Source of the DNA: Cyanophora paradoxa CCMP329
Taxonomy: Eukaryota; Plantae; Glaucophyta
Direction: 5' to 3'
DNA: 64,000 nt
NCBI GenBank assembly: GCA_004431415.1
Contig: QPMI01000165.1
Span: forward strand, 192,196 to 256,195
In this document: positions 59,450-64,000 of the stretch, piece after piece
Position numbering within the stretch: position 1 is the first letter of the stretch
How the letters are laid out: every line of letters begins with the position of its first letter
Notes under the pieces: generated by a model
Seen by the model: only the letters and a program-made list of their open reading frames with translations
Told to the model about the DNA's origin: nothing
Database searches by the model: none
Translations under genes and position numbers: made by a program

Positions 59450-60601
59450 GGGCACCAGCGTGCGCGGGTCCGGCTGGAGCGCCGGCTCCGAGGCGGACTC
59501 CGCCTCCTCGTGCGTGCGCTTCTTCTTGCGCCCGGGGCGCCTGCGCGCCGCCTCGGCCTCCAGGGCGGCGGCCGCCCCGGGGTTCAGGTGCGGGTCGAAG
59601 TCCCCCCACGCGGCGAAGAAGAGCCCCACGAGGTTCGTCTCCTGCGCCAGGGCGACCTCGTCGCCGGTCATCTGCCCGTTCGGAGGGGCCATCCGGAAGC
59701 CGAGCGCGCAGGCCCTGCCGCCCCCAAACCACCGGAGCTCCTCCATGGCGGCCCACCCCTTGTCCAGGATGGCCCTGTATTCTGCCATGGGCCTCTTGGC
59801 ATCGTGGGGCACCGAGCCCGGAGTGAGAGAGGACGCCTCATCGAGGAGATGGTCCAGCTGTTTCCTAAACCGCTTCCTTGCCGAATTTGCGTCCATGTAC
59901 AGCCGCGGGGGGTCGTCCGGTCCCCCGTCCTCCGCCTGCTTGCTGAACAGGGTGATGTATAGAAGCGCCCCTTTCCTGTAGTAAGCAATCGCCCACTCGT
60001 AGGGGGCCTCCTGCTCGACGATCCTCTGAAGGCCCGCTCGGCCGCCAGGGATGCCCGCCTCGATCCTGTCGGCCCAGGAGGCAATGTCGCCGACCGTGGT
60101 GATGCCATCCACCAGCGGCGGCAGGGCGGCCTTGTGGGGCAACCCGAGCACCATGAGGGAGGAGCCCCCGAGGTGGCTGGAGCTGGCGGCGACCGCCCGC
60201 TTCGAGAACCTGCCCCCTCTCCCCTCGGCGCTCTGCGGCCTCGCCCTCTGCCGGTCCGCGTCGCGCCTCCCAATCCCCGCAATCTTCGTGAGCACGTACT
60301 CTAGGACCCCCCGCACGGTTCTCTTGTGCTTGACCCTCCACACCCTAAAGAGGTACTTCCCAAGGGGCGCCGCCGCGCGGCGGTAGATCCGCTCGAAGTA
60401 GCGGATCCCGGCCCGCGACCTGTCGGAGGCGGCGGCGGCGTTGTCGTAGTAGTCGTCTTCCTCCTCACTGTCCTCCAGAAGTGCCAGGGGGGGCTCGGGG
60501 TCCGCCCGCGGGCGCCGCTGGCGCCCGACAGATGGCCCCTCGCCCCCGTCGTCGTCGCTGTCTGTGATCACGATAACCTCGGGCGCCTTCCTCTTTGCCA
60601 T
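59450..60601 (-). pseudogene. Hypothetical protein (MAKRKAPEVIVITDSDD...), possibly composite
   Basis: NLS/SIM-like N-terminus and a helical body; 3' limit uncertain. Confidence 0.45.
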
Positions 60602-60656
60602 TATTATCGACACTGGGTGCCCTAGACATGAGAAATTATATTTCTGGCTGGGCTAG

Positions 60657-61080
60657 CTAGCCGTACGTCATGGCAACAACACGCCGAACTTCTGCCGCGA
60701 CCAAGAGGTTCGCCGCCCTTGCCCACGGCCCCATCTCGCACGCCGCCCCTCGGGTCCACCGATCGGTGAGGATCACTGCCACCCGCCTCTTCGTCTTCTT
60801 CGCCGTCGACGTCCTCCTCTTCTTCGTCGCCGCTTTCTTGGCAGTCGCCGTCGACGTCTTCCTCTTCTTCGTCGCCGCCTTCTTGGCAGTCGTCTTTTTC
60901 CGCGGCCTGGCGGGGGCCGGAAGCAGCAACGGCAGCAGCGGCGGCGGCAGCGGCAGCGGCCGCGCCGGCGGCCGGCCCATCATCGGCGGCGGGCCTGCCG
61001 CCGCCACAACCGGCCGAGGTATACTTACCGGCCGCGCGGCCTGCGCCGCCGGCGCCGCCGGCGCCGCCATCGGAGCCGGG
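60657..61080 (-). pseudogene. Lys/Ala/Thr-rich histone-H1-like basic segment
   Basis: TAKKAATKKR repeats. Confidence 0.5.
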
Positions 61081-61490
61081 GGGCGCGGGGACGGTCCGCC
61101 GCCTAGCCATAGAGAATCTTTTGCTTCCTCCAAGGACATGGGCCGCGCCCCGTAGTACAGGAGTCGGTCGAAGAAACGGATGGCGTCGAGGTGGTCAACA
61201 GTAGCACTAGCACTGCCAGCTTTAACAGCCTTGATCATAATAGCACCGGTACCGGCACAGCGCGTACGGCACATGTTCAGCCGCCGCTTAGTACTACTGC
61301 CGCCATGTTGACCACCATGGCCGCCACTGCCGCCGCCACCGCTCAGACCGAGCCGTCTCGACCCTCGGACTTCGGTATCTGGTGGGAGGCACCGCCGACC
61401 GACCCATGGGCCGTAAGTGCGGCGCCCACCGCCGAGGCAACGTCCTGGGAGGAGGACGATGGCGGTGGATGGATGTAGGAGTACGTAGCT

Positions 61491-62183
61491 TTATCGCTTT
61501 GCCAAGGCCACAACGAACACCACGATGAGGGCGAGCCCGCCAAAGATCAGGAGCTGGTTGCTGGCTATGGTGCTCTTGCTGGCCTGCTGGGCCTGGTACA
61601 TGCTGTTGTTCGCGTCGATGTACGGCCTCATCGACGAGATGAGCTCGGACGTCGACGGGCTCGTCCCGCCCGTGGTCTGCTGCATCGACGTCGACGTGGG
61701 GCTGGGGGTGGCGGTGTACACCGGACCACACCGGGAGTCTGAGGCGCCCCTAGCCCCGCCGCAGTAGCTCGCCAGGATCACCGAGCACTCTGGCAGGTTC
61801 TTGTTGTCCAGGCACGCTTCGAAGCAGCTGTAGCGGACGCGCAGGTTCTTGGTTGTGCCGGGCCAGGGGTCGCCACCGTGCGCTGCCTTTGCGTCCGAGT
61901 TCCACGTCCCATCCCCCACGGGGGTGGAGCCGAGGGACGTGATGATGGGCCCTGCGAAGGGCCCAAGGATGCCGCCCGACCAGTACGGGTCAGAGACGCG
62001 CCGCTGGAGCCAGGCCGTCATGTCGTAGTTGTGATCCGCCCCGTGCACGCAGCTGAGGTCAGTCCCCTTCCCGTAGCAGGCCTTGAGGATCTTGGGGCGC
62101 TGACAGAGGAAGGTGATGGGCACGGCGCCCTCCCTCAGGTTCGCTCGCTCCATCACGACCGTCTTTGGGTCCTCCATCTGCAT
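61491..62183 (-). CDS. SUEL/Gal-lectin-like membrane-anchored protein, intact
   Basis: ACYG, GDPWPGTTKNLRVRYSC, Cys cluster, S/T linker, C-terminal TM. Confidence 0.75.
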   Translation of the reverse strand: MQMEDPKTVVMERANLREGAVPITFLCQRPKILKACYGKGTDLSCVHGADHNYDMTAWLQRRVSDPYWSGGILGPFAGPIITSLGSTPVGDGTWNSDAKAAHGGDPWPGTTKNLRVRYSCFEACLDNKNLPECSVILASYCGGARGASDSRCGPVYTATPSPTSTSMQQTTGGTSPSTSELISSMRPYIDANNSMYQAQQASKSTIASNQLLIFGGLALIVVFVVALAKR

Positions 62184-62249
62184 GATATTGATTCATGATG
62201 AGGGCACCTGATTTTTTTTGCCACCCCCCACATAAAGGCACTCACCTCA

Positions 62250-62579
62250 ATGCCGCACGCCGAATCGACCCCCTACAGTTCCTACTACAGCGCCGAGGAG
62301 GAGGAGGCGGCGGCAGCACAGGAACGGTCGCGCCGACGCGGCCTCTTCGCAATGGCCTGCCTCCTGGGCTTCATATGGGCCTCCGTCGGTATCGCAGGGT
62401 TCGCGTGGTCCATCGTCTGCATGGGGCGCGGCGGCGATGCCATGTCGAAGATCGGTGGCTTCCTCATGGCTGTCTTCATGGGCCCCCTCTACTGGGTGTA
62501 CTACTACCTCAACCGCAAGATGGGGTACTGCAAGTTCACCCCGAAGACGGTCAGCTTCGGCGAGGGTCTTAAGGATTAG
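62250..62579 (+). CDS. Small two-TM NCLDV-type membrane protein
   Basis: SIVCMG...KIGGFLMAVFMGPLYWVYYY..GYC. Confidence 0.65.
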   Translation: MPHAESTPYSSYYSAEEEEAAAAQERSRRRGLFAMACLLGFIWASVGIAGFAWSIVCMGRGGDAMSKIGGFLMAVFMGPLYWVYYYLNRKMGYCKFTPKTVSFGEGLKD

Positions 62580-62631
62580 GGTTTTTTTCCGGCGGAGGAG
62601 AGAGAGAGAACGACAAGTGTGCGCACGTGCC

Positions 62632-63146
62632 ATGGCATCCGACCTGCCGCCTTTCATGACACCCATTGAGCGCTACAACATGCTGGAGAAATGGACGTGG
62701 GCCGTGATGCGGGTGATGGAGGCGCCGCCGCCAGATGCGGGTGCGCCTTTCGCGCTCTCACTGGAGTCGGGCCAGGTCAGGGGGGACCTCTCCGTGGGTG
62801 GGCATGCGGCTCTGACCGGGAACACCACACTGGCCGACGCCACAGTTGAGGGTGCGCTTGGGGTCACGGGGGCCACCACACTGGCTGACGCCTTGGTCGG
62901 GGGTACGCTCGGGGTCACAGGGACGACCACGCTGGGAAACGCCTCGGTAGGGGGCACGCTTGGGGTGACGGGGAACACGACGCTGGCCAACAACACCTCT
63001 GTGGGAGGAACGCTCGGGGTGACGGGCGCCACAACGCTCGCCAATGCCTCAGTGGGGGGTACGCTCGGGGTTACAGGGAATACCACGTTGGGGGGTGCCC
63101 TGGGCGTGACGGGGGCGACCGCGCTGGGGGACGCCTCGGTTGGGGG
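62632..63146 (+). pseudogene. Fibre protein N-terminal piece
   Basis: ATG, unique N-terminal domain, then GGTLGVTG repeats; truncated. Confidence 0.8.
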
Positions 63147-63601
63147 TCAACAACTACCTGGAGAGCAAGTGCCCCGACGTGAGCCAGACGCAGACAATCA
63201 CGACGCGCAACATCATCATCATGGGGTGCGCCCCCGTGAGCATCACGCAGACCTCGGACGCCAAGTCGGCGTGCAAGCTCGACCACCTCATGCGCCTCGC
63301 GAACCGCACGGACGCCAACCTCGCCACGAAGGCGGAGTCGACGGGGGCCCTCACGCAGAACTCCGTCATCGTGGGGGCCATCATGGCGGCCATCGTGCTG
63401 GTCGTCCTAATCATGAACCGGCCCGGGGCGAGAGGGTTCGGCGGAGGCGGAGGCGGTTCGAATTCAGGGCAGGCACCGGCACCGGCGATGGCCCCTCCAG
63501 CTTACGGCTACCCCGTTCCCGGGCCGGGGTATGCGGCGCCGCCAGCTGGGCCGGGCAGTGCAGCACCAGTCATCTACAACTTCAGCGGCAAATCAGCTTA
63601 A
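63143..63601 (+). pseudogene. Myristoylated membrane protein (pox L1/F9-like) C-terminal piece
   Basis: NYLESKC..SQTQTI..NI...GC...ITQ...AKSAC, followed by a TM. Confidence 0.55.
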
Positions 63602-64000
63602 CCCTACGCTGCCCCCATGATGCTATCGATGGCGAACATCTCGGAGGCCCTGGCAAGCATGACGCTGTCCGGCGGGTTCTCGGTCGGGACATTGTCCTGC
63701 TCGGAGGCCGTCTGACGGATCAGGGTCCAGGTGGAGGCCGAGTTGCGGACCGCGGTGCGCCGGCTCTCTGGCGTGCGCGCGCGCTCGCTGACGTGCGGGC
63801 AGGCGCCCGGTCCGCTCGACCAAGAAGCACCGCCGGGCGGCGAAGAAGCGACCCGCCATCGAGCGCGAGGAGATCGTGCCCGGCTCGCCTGTGCGCGCGG
63901 CGCGCGCGGCGGCGCCGGCACCCGCTGACGTCCAGCTCCTCGAGGGCGGCGGCCGGCCGTCGGAGAGCGCGATGAGGACGCGGCGGGCCAGCACGGCGGA

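Noticed and set aside
1-64000. Restriction-based proximity-ligation concatemer (CATG/GATC junctions)
   Set aside because: The resolved junctions lack these sites and the sites occur inside intact pieces; other library artefacts are not excluded
1-64000. tRNA/rRNA genes and operon-type inferences from gene neighbourhood
   Set aside because: No RNA gene was recognised by eye, and adjacency is uninformative in a scrambled region

Overview
A very GC-rich (roughly 70%+, estimated by eye) window that is almost entirely giant-virus (Nucleocytoviricota) DNA. Recognisable pieces include double-jelly-roll major capsid protein, A468R-type AEP primase, YqaJ recombinase, A22/RuvC resolvase, RBR E3 ligase, DUF5760, L1-like membrane protein, a fibre with Peptidase_S74, SET, TspO, GT32/GT34, many F-box genes and a dual-domain kinase. 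The main feature is that it is not a colinear genome. Most genes are broken into pieces of about 100-1000 bp, joined in shuffled order and orientation. Pieces of the same gene lie tens of kb apart, and two of them (TspO, RBR ligase) rejoin in frame with no apparent loss and only a 2-3 bp overlap. This looks like a shattered and re-stitched giant-virus genome, most plausibly an endogenous element in a eukaryotic (possibly algal) host, although a library or assembly artefact is not excluded. Several genes carry short (47-71 nt) spliceosomal introns, nearly all phase 0, and a shared GTAC-C-run upstream motif. Most long ORFs in the supplied track are chimeric read-throughs or GC-rich shadow ORFs. 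All family calls come from motif recognition by eye, not from searches.
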